Shown: positions 9,029-17,376, numbered from the stretch's first letter. The stretch is DNA of 26,434 nt from an uncultured Deferribacteres bacterium (GCA_964014485.1 CAXHAT010000107.1:1-26434); one strand, 5' to 3'. Numbers and translations are program-made. The notes: generated by a model not told the origin, from the sequence alone.

Positions 9029-10105
9029 TTACTGGTACTTACGCAGCATTTTTTCCGTCGCGGTTTTAACTTCATCCGCTTTTTCACGCGTGCCCGCCAG
9101 CTCTCGCTCAGGATCGAACTTTTCAGACGCCGCTAAAGCCAGCGTCAGCTCCGTGCGAATTTGATCGCCGTGGTTGCGCACACCGTTTGTTTTTGCCATT
9201 TCTGCATGAATTCGCGCGATATTCAAGCGGCACTCGGCGAGAAAAGCGTTGCTGACATACTGGAAGCTCTCAAGCTTTTCGATCAGCATACGCCAATTCT
9301 CTTCCGCCTCATTGAAGCGCTTGAGGTGCTGTAAGAAAACGGCGCGATTGTATAAAACGCTCGCGTGGCCTGGGTATTTTTGGTTCAGTTCTTCGCAAAT
9401 AGCTAGCCCTTTTCGATAATTTTTAGTGTCCCGGTAGACCCCGAGCAAAGCAAGTGCGGCGTCTGTAGAAGTGTACAAACCGTCTTTTTGCGCGCGTTCG
9501 AGCATTTTGATCGCCGCGTCTTTCTTCCCTGAAAACAACCCAATTCCCATGCTCAGGATTTTGCTCTTACCGTGCTCGTAGATTCCGAGCATAAGCCATG
9601 GATCGGCAAACTTTTTGTCGAACCTGAGCGCATTTTCGACCGTGCTCTTGGCTTGAAGCGCGTCTTTCAGCGCCGCCGACCATTCGCCCTGCGCGAACCT
9701 GTGCAACGCCTGATAGCCCAGAGCGGAACCGTAAAGAAACTGCTGCTCCGCCGGAGAGTTTCGGCGTACGTTTTTCTTGCCGAGCTTAATGGTTTCCGTA
9801 AGCAACGAATCAAAAACAGGCTCGAAATGGCGTACGCGATAGTAGCGCATTATACCTTGATACACGCCCACTTCCAGGACATATCCGGCCAAGTCATTTG
9901 GATCGGCTTCTTTGAGCGTTTTGCAATTCGCCAAGGCGCTGTCATATTCGCCGCCATGGAATTGATCCAGCGTCGTTTTAATGAGCGCCTCTCTTGATTC
10001 CGGGCTGGAATGCGCATCGTTGATGACCAAAAAAAGAAAAGAGCCGATTATGATTTTCAATCGCGCTATTTCAAAAGGAGCGCGTTTTGGCTTAAGAATT
10101 TTCAT
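9029..10105 (-). CDS. Tetratricopeptide-repeat protein, probably exported
   Basis: N-terminal basic plus hydrophobic segment and helical TPR-like repeats (ADPWLMLGIYE, LNQKYPGH..VLYNRA, EAEENW). Confidence 0.75.
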   Translation of the reverse strand: MKILKPKRAPFEIARLKIIIGSFLFLVINDAHSSPESREALIKTTLDQFHGGEYDSALANCKTLKEADPNDLAGYVLEVGVYQGIMRYYRVRHFEPVFDSLLTETIKLGKKNVRRNSPAEQQFLYGSALGYQALHRFAQGEWSAALKDALQAKSTVENALRFDKKFADPWLMLGIYEHGKSKILSMGIGLFSGKKDAAIKMLERAQKDGLYTSTDAALALLGVYRDTKNYRKGLAICEELNQKYPGHASVLYNRAVFLQHLKRFNEAEENWRMLIEKLESFQYVSNAFLAECRLNIARIHAEMAKTNGVRNHGDQIRTELTLALAASEKFDPERELAGTREKADEVKTATEKMLRKYQ

Positions 10106-10260
10106 ATAAACCTGTGTTTGAACAACGATTCCTAAGATGAATTAACAGTTCGAGCTGAAATGCTTCCAGTATGTCATAGTGAACAGTTCGCTGGATTTTT
10201 GAACAGGACTTCAGGCAAAACGGGGGCAAGCTAAGGATGTTTTTAGAAAATAGCAACCCG

Positions 10261-10923
10261 TCAAAAGCCGTAATTGTGGAGGTGGACAAGCGGTTGAAAA
10301 AAGAGAAAAAGGAGCCACATGGAAAGGCCGGTGGAGATTGGAATGGCAATATTGTCATCCACGATATTATAAGACAGAACTTCCGCGACGGCGCCAACGA
10401 CGGCGGCGCTAAAGCACAGCAAATACTCCGCCGGACTGTATTCGATTTTTGGCGTCAGCGCGATGACAAGCGCTGCTGTTGCAATGAAAGCCAGGGTGCC
10501 TTCTAACGAGCGATTGTTAAATTTTCTGCGCCCAAATCGCCTGCCGATCAGCGCGGAAGCAATGTCTGCAAACGAAAAGATGGCGAAGCTGGTGACGGCG
10601 ATGTATTTGGGGAAAATATAGACGCAGATTGTTGCCGCCAGCAAAAACCAGGTGGCGCCGTTGAGGCGTTTCGCCTCATGATCGCGTTCGTGTTTTCGCA
10701 AAATAACGCCAAAAATTTTATAGAAAACTTCAGCCGTCGGGCCGTGATAAAAACGGGCGAGATCAACGATCAAAAAGGCGATGGTCAGCGGGACGAGTAT
10801 TTGGAGAACAAGAGCGCGGGTGGAAAAATAATAGACGACCGGCAGGATGAACGAAGCCAGATTAACCAGTTTGCGCAGCGCTTCGATACGCAGATCGTTT
10901 TCGAGATTCGCTTGTTTAATCAT
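10261..10923 (-). CDS. CTP-dependent polyprenol/diacylglycerol kinase-like membrane protein (SEC59/DGK1/VTE5; CTP_transf_1 superfamily)
   Basis: Multi-TM protein with RKLVN (RKxxH-like), LRKHE, LNGAT, ADIASALIGRRFG, RSLEG and DDN motifs. Confidence 0.85.
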   Translation of the reverse strand: MIKQANLENDLRIEALRKLVNLASFILPVVYYFSTRALVLQILVPLTIAFLIVDLARFYHGPTAEVFYKIFGVILRKHERDHEAKRLNGATWFLLAATICVYIFPKYIAVTSFAIFSFADIASALIGRRFGRRKFNNRSLEGTLAFIATAALVIALTPKIEYSPAEYLLCFSAAVVGAVAEVLSYNIVDDNIAIPISTGLSMWLLFLFFQPLVHLHNYGF

Positions 10924-10926
10924 AGG

Positions 10927-11499
10927 TTATCGCAAGGTTTTTCTCATGCCCAGGGCGTAGCCGATGAAGTTGATCAGTTGATGGATGACGATCACAATAA
11001 TCAAAGAAAGCAAGACGCGTTCTACGGTCACATCCATGACAAAAGCGAGCACAATCCAGGAGCCGACAAGCAGATCGATTTGATCAATGACATAAAAAAT
11101 CGGCAGCAGGAACCCGCTCGCCGTAGAGCCGGAGGGCACGTCGAGTTGGCGTTTGACAAAGCTGTTGGGCAATTCGCTTAACATTGAAGCGACGCCAAGA
11201 ATGAACCCTAACAGCCAGCAATTGGTCGCGGCGTAATCGAAGTATTCGTAAGCTTGAAAAGACTCGTGAAAAACAGTGGCTTGCAACCCCATAAACAGGG
11301 CTGTACCCGCACCGTTGACGAGAATCCCCCGAAAGGTTTTGTTGGGGCCGAAAATCCGCTTGCCTCGAAAAACGGCGCCAAAATCAATCGGCTTTGTTAG
11401 AGATGAAAACCAGTTTTGTCGCATGACGACGCCGTGGACAATGGCGCCGCCGACCAGAGGCGTGAAAAGCCAAGCTAAACGCAAAATTTCGTCAATCAT
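10927..11499 (-). CDS. CDP-archaeol synthase (CarS/DUF46)-family cytidylyltransferase
   Basis: PIDFG..FRGKRIFGPNKTFRG, SELPNSFVKRQL and DQID motifs with about 5 TM segments. The true start is ATG 11499 (MIDEILRL), overlapping the ACP stop (ATGATTGA). Confidence 0.8.
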   Translation of the reverse strand: MIDEILRLAWLFTPLVGGAIVHGVVMRQNWFSSLTKPIDFGAVFRGKRIFGPNKTFRGILVNGAGTALFMGLQATVFHESFQAYEYFDYAATNCWLLGFILGVASMLSELPNSFVKRQLDVPSGSTASGFLLPIFYVIDQIDLLVGSWIVLAFVMDVTVERVLLSLIIVIVIHQLINFIGYALGMRKTLR

Positions 11500-11755
11500 C
11501 GCCTTCCGCTTGCTGCCGTCTAATATCCTCCGCGACCTCACGCAGGGTGCCGATGTCCGCCGCTGACTGGTCTTCAAAGGAAACGCCGGGATAGGCTTCT
11601 TCAATCTCCATGACAAGGCCGACAATTTCGAAGGAGTCAAGGCCCATGTCTTCGAGCAGGGACTGATCTAGGTCGATCTTGTCAGCCGAGACATGGATGC
11701 GCTCCGCCACCATGTCTTGCAGTTTTTTTTCTATCGTTTCGTCTTTTTCAAGCAT
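11492..11755 (-). CDS. Acyl carrier protein
   Basis: 87 aa, highly acidic, with a DMGLDSFE phosphopantetheine serine motif. Confidence 0.92.
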   Translation of the reverse strand: MLEKDETIEKKLQDMVAERIHVSADKIDLDQSLLEDMGLDSFEIVGLVMEIEEAYPGVSFEDQSAADIGTLREVAEDIRRQQAEGDD

Positions 11756-11774
11756 GATTCAGGTTTATCTCCAC

Positions 11775-13448
11775 TCAGGAAAAATCTCCGTTCAAATAAC
11801 GGAGTTTGCACTCCATGCGCTTGCGTTTGCCGTTCGGCGTATTGCCGATGGTTCGTGGTTTTAATAGTAGAACGTCATTGACTGGAAAGCCGGCTTTGAC
11901 CAATTCCTGGCGAACGTGAAACCGCAGGAGATCTCTTTCGGAATCGTCTTTCAAACGCGATTCGACGAGAATAATAACGATTTCCGTTCCGCGATTGGCG
12001 TCATCGCACGCGAAGGCGACGACTGAGCCCGGCTTGCCGTTGGCGGCTTCTTCCGCCACTTTTTCTAAATCATCAGGGTAATAATTGTTTCCGCCAACGA
12101 TGAGCACTTCTTTTTTTCGGCCAGTCACATAAAGTTGATTGTCGGCGACGTAGCCAAGGTCGCCGGTCCAAAGCCAGCCGTCGCGCAGGACTTTTTCCGT
12201 CGCTTCCTTTTGTTCAAAATAGCCGTCCATCAAGCTGGTGCTGCGGACGAGAATCTCGCCGATACGCCTGTCTTCCAGTTTTGCGCCGTTTTGGTCAACA
12301 ATTTTGACCTCGGTTTCATCAATCAAAACGCCGGCTGAAACCAGCGTTCTCACATTTGCATCTCCGTTCTGAGACGCGGGTTTGGCATGGTCGTGTTTGT
12401 TTAAACGATCTTGATCAATGGCGTCATAAACCGGTCCCTCGTCATGAGGTTTCATTGTAACCGCAAGGCCGTTTTCGGCCAAACCATAAGCCGGTAAAAA
12501 GCTCTCGATTCGAAATCCGGCGGGGCGAAATTTTTCGGCGAAGCTTTTCAGTGTTGCGGGAGCGATCATTTCCGCGCCGACAAACGCGCCCCGAAGCTGG
12601 CTTAAATCGTAATTTTCAACGTCAGCGTCTTTGACGAACCGTGCGCAGGATGCGTAAGCGGAAGGCGGGCCGCCGGTTATCGTGACCCCGAAATCGGACG
12701 CCGTTTTTAGCCATACCGTTGGGCGGCGCATGAAATCTTCCGTCGGCATAAGAGAAAGCGTTACAGCGCCGAAAATTGGCGTCAGGACAAACCCTATCAA
12801 ACCCATGTCATGGAAGACTGGCAACCATGAAAGGGCGAAATCAGCGTCATGTGTAAGGTTGAGCGCTTTGGCGATGTTTTTGGTTTGGGAAACAAGCGCC
12901 TCGTGGGAAAGCTGGACGGCTTTGGCTAAACCGGACGTTCCCGAGGTAAATTGGAACAATCCTGGATCGGACGGCCGCGCAGCCGAAGCGACTTCAATGT
13001 TCGTTGGCTGGACGTCGGATTTGGTCAAGACGGTCAAATTCTTAATCTGCGACAAAGGCGGCAAGTTACGGATCTCTTTCTGCACATCCGGCACGATCAA
13101 TATTTTGGCGTGTATGCGCGATAGTCTTTGCGCAATCGTCTCCAGGTATTGGTTGTCCGCTTTGAGGCGGCGCAACGGTACGACGGGGGCGGGAATGCCG
13201 CCGACGAGTAGCGTCCCGAAATACGCGCCGAGAAAATCGTCGGTGTTTTGCAAGGCGAGAATAGCGGAATCGCCGCGCTTTAGGCCGTACTCGCGCAGCA
13301 ACACGGCCCACTGTTGGGCCCAAGTCCACGTTTCGGAGAATGTGTAAGTAGACGTGACTTCGCCGCGTTCCAGGAATCTAACGAAGAGATAGTCAGGGTA
13401 TTTTTCGGCCCGATTGCGCAAAAGTTCCGTAAGCGTATTCCCAAGCAT
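11775..13448 (-). CDS. Fatty acyl-AMP ligase (FAAL)
   Basis: FQFTSGTSGLAK, SWLPVFHDMGLIG (FAAL-typical), PAYGLAE followed by a FAAL-like insertion, TGDLG, GRKKE, NYYPDDLE and TPNGK motifs. It is adjacent to an ACP. Confidence 0.88.
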   Translation of the reverse strand: MLGNTLTELLRNRAEKYPDYLFVRFLERGEVTSTYTFSETWTWAQQWAVLLREYGLKRGDSAILALQNTDDFLGAYFGTLLVGGIPAPVVPLRRLKADNQYLETIAQRLSRIHAKILIVPDVQKEIRNLPPLSQIKNLTVLTKSDVQPTNIEVASAARPSDPGLFQFTSGTSGLAKAVQLSHEALVSQTKNIAKALNLTHDADFALSWLPVFHDMGLIGFVLTPIFGAVTLSLMPTEDFMRRPTVWLKTASDFGVTITGGPPSAYASCARFVKDADVENYDLSQLRGAFVGAEMIAPATLKSFAEKFRPAGFRIESFLPAYGLAENGLAVTMKPHDEGPVYDAIDQDRLNKHDHAKPASQNGDANVRTLVSAGVLIDETEVKIVDQNGAKLEDRRIGEILVRSTSLMDGYFEQKEATEKVLRDGWLWTGDLGYVADNQLYVTGRKKEVLIVGGNNYYPDDLEKVAEEAANGKPGSVVAFACDDANRGTEIVIILVESRLKDDSERDLLRFHVRQELVKAGFPVNDVLLLKPRTIGNTPNGKRKRMECKLRYLNGDFS

Positions 13449-13828
13449 TCAGGATTCCTGAAGTCGTTATTGCCGATTATTCGATATTGAAAAATCGCTC
13501 ATAATCACCGTTTGAAGATTTTTTGATCCCTGCTGATCAGGCGACAAAAAGCGATGTTAAAATAAAGAAATATGGGTTCGAAGCAAGCGATAAGAGATGA
13601 GATGAAGGAAGGATGGAAGTTGAAGAAGGCTTCATGAAGTCGCGGGTTGATCATCCAGGAAAAATTTTCTGTCAGGACAAGACAAACGATTGATTGGCGG
13701 CCATTCAACGCCTCATTTCTAAAACTTTCCTGGTTCAGGCCCTTCCCGTTTCAAGCCATTCAGCCCAATCGGTTCTGCCGTTTCGTCGCGCCGTTAATGA
13801 AATCACAAGCGGCAAATTTCATGGCGCA

Positions 13829-15088
13829 TCATTTTTTGATGAAGCCTTCACCAAGCGGATGAATTTGGCCTGAAATTGTGTATCTGAATCGATGCGTTTT
13901 CTTTTTGCGGCGCACGAGGAGCAGCATTTCCGTTGCAGCGTCTAATAGATCGACCGCGATAATTTTGTCGCCGTAGAATGCGCGGATAGAGTCGACCGGA
14001 GTATGCGCCACCACGTGTGTTTTGGCCTTGAACTTTTTTAACACAAAATCCAGGTGTTTGTCGAGCGTGTCGCTGTTGACATAACCGCGAAACCAATAGG
14101 GCGAAACTGGTGCGAAGAAAAAGTTGAGGCGATCTGTGAAGTACGTTTCTTCATATTTTGCCGTAACTGTCGAATCGCCTAACAAATCGAAAAAAACAGG
14201 TTCTTTTATAAACGCAAACAGGGAATCGTTATAGGTCGGAATCGACCACTTGGCGTAATTTGGCGTGACGCCGCCGTGGGCGTAAAGCACGTCGTTAATA
14301 CGCGCAATCCCTGGCTTTGAAGCCAGCCAAGAACCCAAAAGCGACGTTTGCGGATGGTACATCTTTGCATATCCCACGCCCAAAAATGTTGAGATCAATT
14401 TCTCTTTCTCTGAAAGGTAGCGCAAGTCATCGACGAAAGTCATAATCTCATGATTGCCCAGCACCACATGCACAAACCCTCGATGCTTCAACGCCTGTTG
14501 CTCCAATTGGTAAATAAACCAAAGCAGCCTCGTTACATCGTGCCCGCGGTCAAACAAGTCGCCCAGAAAAACGAGATGCGCCCGACCTGCGCTCCAGTTC
14601 AGATTTTCATCAATCACTTTTGCGTTTTTCAATAATTGCGTCAACTGGTCGAAGCGTCCGTGAACGTCTCCCAGGACAAAAACTGAATCTGCTTTGGAAT
14701 GCCTGGCGTGAGGTCGATTTTCGATTCTGTCAAAATCGATTGAGACGGCGTGACGGTCGGACTGATCATTAACGGCGCCGAATCGCAGGTCAATTTGCGA
14801 AGCGCTGTTTTTGGGAAAGGTAAGGGTGTGAACCCGGCCAAGCGCCGTTTTCCCCGAGAAGTACGTTTTGTTGTCTGAAGCGGCTTCTAAAAATCCAGCG
14901 TCACCTTTGGCGGTAATCCAGTGAGCATGCAGCGAATCGCCGGCGTTTTCGACGTAAAACCCATAAAGACCGTTGACTGAATAGCTTGCATTTTGAGCCC
15001 TGCTTTGGCCAACGAAAATGCCGGAAACGACAACCAATAACAGAAAAAAGGCTGCACGAATTCGTTTGATTTTCAAAAGAACGGACAT
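13829..15088 (-). CDS. Exported metallophosphoesterase, Shewanella-like phosphatase (Shelph/PPP family)
   Basis: Signal peptide (…VGQSRA|Q) and GDVHG, HLVFLGDLFDRG, LGNHE, DLRY, AHGG, WFRGY and VAHTP motifs, plus an extra N-terminal beta-rich domain. Confidence 0.9.
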   Translation of the reverse strand: MSVLLKIKRIRAAFFLLLVVVSGIFVGQSRAQNASYSVNGLYGFYVENAGDSLHAHWITAKGDAGFLEAASDNKTYFSGKTALGRVHTLTFPKNSASQIDLRFGAVNDQSDRHAVSIDFDRIENRPHARHSKADSVFVLGDVHGRFDQLTQLLKNAKVIDENLNWSAGRAHLVFLGDLFDRGHDVTRLLWFIYQLEQQALKHRGFVHVVLGNHEIMTFVDDLRYLSEKEKLISTFLGVGYAKMYHPQTSLLGSWLASKPGIARINDVLYAHGGVTPNYAKWSIPTYNDSLFAFIKEPVFFDLLGDSTVTAKYEETYFTDRLNFFFAPVSPYWFRGYVNSDTLDKHLDFVLKKFKAKTHVVAHTPVDSIRAFYGDKIIAVDLLDAATEMLLLVRRKKKTHRFRYTISGQIHPLGEGFIKK

Positions 15089-15103
15089 GCGCGAAATCCA
15101 GAA

Positions 15104-16078
15104 TCAGAATAGTTCAAATTTTCCTTTCTCCACACGCTTCAGCAAATCTTTCAGTCGGCTATGCACGTTTTTGATTTCAAGACGATTCAGCCCCATTTGC
15201 AAACGGTTTTTCTTCCGTCGAACCCCGGCCTTTGAATTGAAATTCTCTGAAAATTCTACAGGCGTTAATCCGCCGTTTTCAATCTTGTACTCCGCCACGA
15301 CGGCGAGCGTCTGATCAAGTTGCTCGCGTGTGATGGATTTAAGTCGCTCAATTGTTTTGCGCGGTAAACGGTTGACGCGAATTTCCCGCCATTTCGTGCC
15401 GCGATTGCTGGGTTCGCTGTCAAACGCGACGCCGTTATCCACAATGAAAACCCTGGGTTGATCCGGCAACGTCGAAATCAGCGCGTTGCCGCGATTCGAA
15501 TCAGAATGGTAGATCAAGTAACTGAAAATATTCATGTTTGCGAAGTGACGTGCGTAGAGAGAATCTTTTTTGAACCTGGCTTTGTCATGAATTTCTGCAA
15601 GGGCGACGTTTTCCAGCCAGCATTGGAGAACAAAGAAAACAATCGGCGGTTTGGTAAAAGTGGCGTCGACGGCGGAATCGTATTTGCGATATTTTTTTAA
15701 CGGCCAGCCGCGTGCGCATGTTGGCGGAACGACGTATTCGTCTTCATCCAGGAAAAGTTTCTGGATCGCGTAGGCCGCCAATTCGTAACGCGGGCGATTG
15801 TTGAACACATCGGCGCCGTTGATTGCACGCCGCCACTTAACCTGCAATAACTTGTCGTCATCAAATTGAAGAATAACACGTTTGGTAATGTCGCCGTCAA
15901 AGCGGGCGTCGCCAAATTTATAGATGCTGAATTCGCCGGTTTGCAATTTCTGCTCAATCTCCGCGACAGGCATGATCAAATTGGTCGAGAATTGTCCTTG
16001 CGAGAACGCCTTGGCGGCGGCAAAGAGCAAGAATGTGCAAAAAAGATAAAGCGTCTTTTGTGTGAGGTCGTTTTTCAT
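15104..16078 (-). CDS. Exported atypical protein-kinase-like protein (PI4KII/HipA/Fam20-like fold)
   Basis: Signal peptide (…AKAFS|Q), VK (beta3 Lys), YELAAY (alphaC Glu), VVPPT, a DSNRGN catalytic loop (DRHxGN-like) and an IVDNG metal-binding motif. Recognised by motif pattern only. Confidence 0.7.
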   Translation of the reverse strand: MKNDLTQKTLYLFCTFLLFAAAKAFSQGQFSTNLIMPVAEIEQKLQTGEFSIYKFGDARFDGDITKRVILQFDDDKLLQVKWRRAINGADVFNNRPRYELAAYAIQKLFLDEDEYVVPPTCARGWPLKKYRKYDSAVDATFTKPPIVFFVLQCWLENVALAEIHDKARFKKDSLYARHFANMNIFSYLIYHSDSNRGNALISTLPDQPRVFIVDNGVAFDSEPSNRGTKWREIRVNRLPRKTIERLKSITREQLDQTLAVVAEYKIENGGLTPVEFSENFNSKAGVRRKKNRLQMGLNRLEIKNVHSRLKDLLKRVEKGKFELF

Positions 16079-16303
16079 AGTCGCCTCATGTGGCTTCGGC
16101 CACGTTGTTTATGTGATTTTTTGAAGGTTCAGAATGCAATTTACAGACGATTGTCGCGAAAAGTTATGTGTGTTTTTTTGCCAATTTCCGCCAATTAAAA
16201 AAGACAGACGAAATCGGTTTGGTGAATTTGTATTTGGCTCGATAAAATATTGACGCTTCTTTGCGAACAAAGCACGTCGAACAGAATTTTGGGAGCCATT
16301 GGG

Positions 16304-17200
16304 ATGAATGCAAAACGAACTCCGGATGAAAGATTTGAAGGTCTCGAAGGATTTTCATATGCGCCGAATTATCTTGAAGTTGAAGACTTGCGTGTTCACT
16401 ACGTCGACGAAGGGCCGAACGACGCCGAGCCGGTTTTGATGATGCACGGCGAACCGAGTTGGTCGTACCTTTATCGCAAAATGATTCCAGTTTTTGTGGA
16501 AGCGGGATTTCGCGCCGTCGCACCGGATTTGGTCGGCTTCGGGCGCTCGGACAAGCCGGACAAAGTTGAAGACTATTCTTATCAACGGCACGTCGATTGG
16601 ATGACGGCGTGGTTAAATGCGGTCGATTTGAGCAACGCTACGCTCATTTGTCAGGATTGGGGCTCTTTGATTGGGCTGCGTTTGGCTGCGGAACAACCGG
16701 ATCGTTTTGCGCGCATCGTCGTTTCGAACGGCTTTTTGCCAACGGGTGATCGGAAAGCGCCGACTGCGTTTAAAATATGGCGCGCTTTCGCCAAGAAAGT
16801 TCCGAAGCTGCCAGTCGGGCGCATCATAAAAATGGGTTGCAAGACCAAATTGTCTGACGCCGTTATCGCGGGTTATGAAGCGCCGTTCCCAGACGAATCT
16901 TTCAAAGCCGGCGCTCGCGTTTTTCCTGAACTCGTCCCGACCACGCCTGATGATCCAGCCGCCTCGGCCAACCGCGCCGCATGGGAAGTATTAAAAAAGT
17001 GGGAAAAACCGCTGCTCACGGCCTTCGCCGACGGCGATCCGATTATGCGTGGAGCCGACCGCGTTTTTCAAAAATACGTGCCGGGCGCGCAAGGTCAACC
17101 GCACACGATCATTCGCGGCGCCGGACATTTTATTCAGGAAGATAAGGGGGAAGAGTTGGCGCGCGTCGCGCTTGATTTCATGAAGAAGACGCCAATTTGA
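16304..17200 (+). CDS. Haloalkane dehalogenase (HLD-I/DhmA-like alpha/beta hydrolase)
   Basis: RTPDERF N-terminus, HGEPSWSYLYRKMI, APDLVGFGRSDKP, QDWG (nucleophile Asp plus Trp), D in DGDP and GHFIQED (catalytic His). Start is ATG 16304 after GGGAG. Confidence 0.92.
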   Translation: MNAKRTPDERFEGLEGFSYAPNYLEVEDLRVHYVDEGPNDAEPVLMMHGEPSWSYLYRKMIPVFVEAGFRAVAPDLVGFGRSDKPDKVEDYSYQRHVDWMTAWLNAVDLSNATLICQDWGSLIGLRLAAEQPDRFARIVVSNGFLPTGDRKAPTAFKIWRAFAKKVPKLPVGRIIKMGCKTKLSDAVIAGYEAPFPDESFKAGARVFPELVPTTPDDPAASANRAAWEVLKKWEKPLLTAFADGDPIMRGADRVFQKYVPGAQGQPHTIIRGAGHFIQEDKGEELARVALDFMKKTPI

Positions 17201-17249
17201 CGGCGGAGGTGTGAGAGGGCGTCAACCTAATTGCGTGATGTACAAAATA

Positions 17250-17337
17250 CTCGTTCCCAATCTCCGGATTGGAGACGCACTTGCTCGCGAAGCTCCAGTT
17301 TCGCGTGTATTGTTTGGCTCGAAACCGGAGTTTCGAG
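17250..17337. repeat. Degenerate multi-hairpin REP/MITE-like element
   Basis: Three consecutive imperfect palindromes: CTCGTTCCCAATCTCCGGATTGGAGACG (17250-17277), CGCGAAGCTCCAGTTTCGCG (17286-17305) and CTCGAAACCGGAGTTTCGAG (17318-17337). Confidence 0.6.
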
Positions 17338-17376
17338 ATAAGTTGTAACTGACGTTACGCGGCTGATGTAAAAAAT

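Noticed and set aside
8995..9087. Basic N-terminal extension of GDPD (MKKRMKLKPRRKK...), superficially Tat-like
   Set aside because: It overlaps the TPR gene end and has no hydrophobic core. A better GTG start with an RBS exists at 8994.
11500..11640. N-terminal extension of the CarS-like ORF
   Set aside because: It overlaps the ACP gene in another frame. ATG 11499 overlaps the ACP stop and follows a GGAAGG RBS-like sequence.
12682..13347. 221-aa antisense ORF within FAAL, and other antisense or shadow ORFs such as 10678-11181, 8519-8950 and 2841-3260
   Set aside because: They lie opposite or within strongly supported genes and have no recognisable motifs, as expected for shadow ORFs.
13449..13828. 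380-bp gap with a purine-rich tract and small ORFs (13505-13708, 13647-13862)
   Set aside because: I found no convincing RBS, protein motif, riboswitch or repeat structure. Treated as the promoter region of the FAAL operon.
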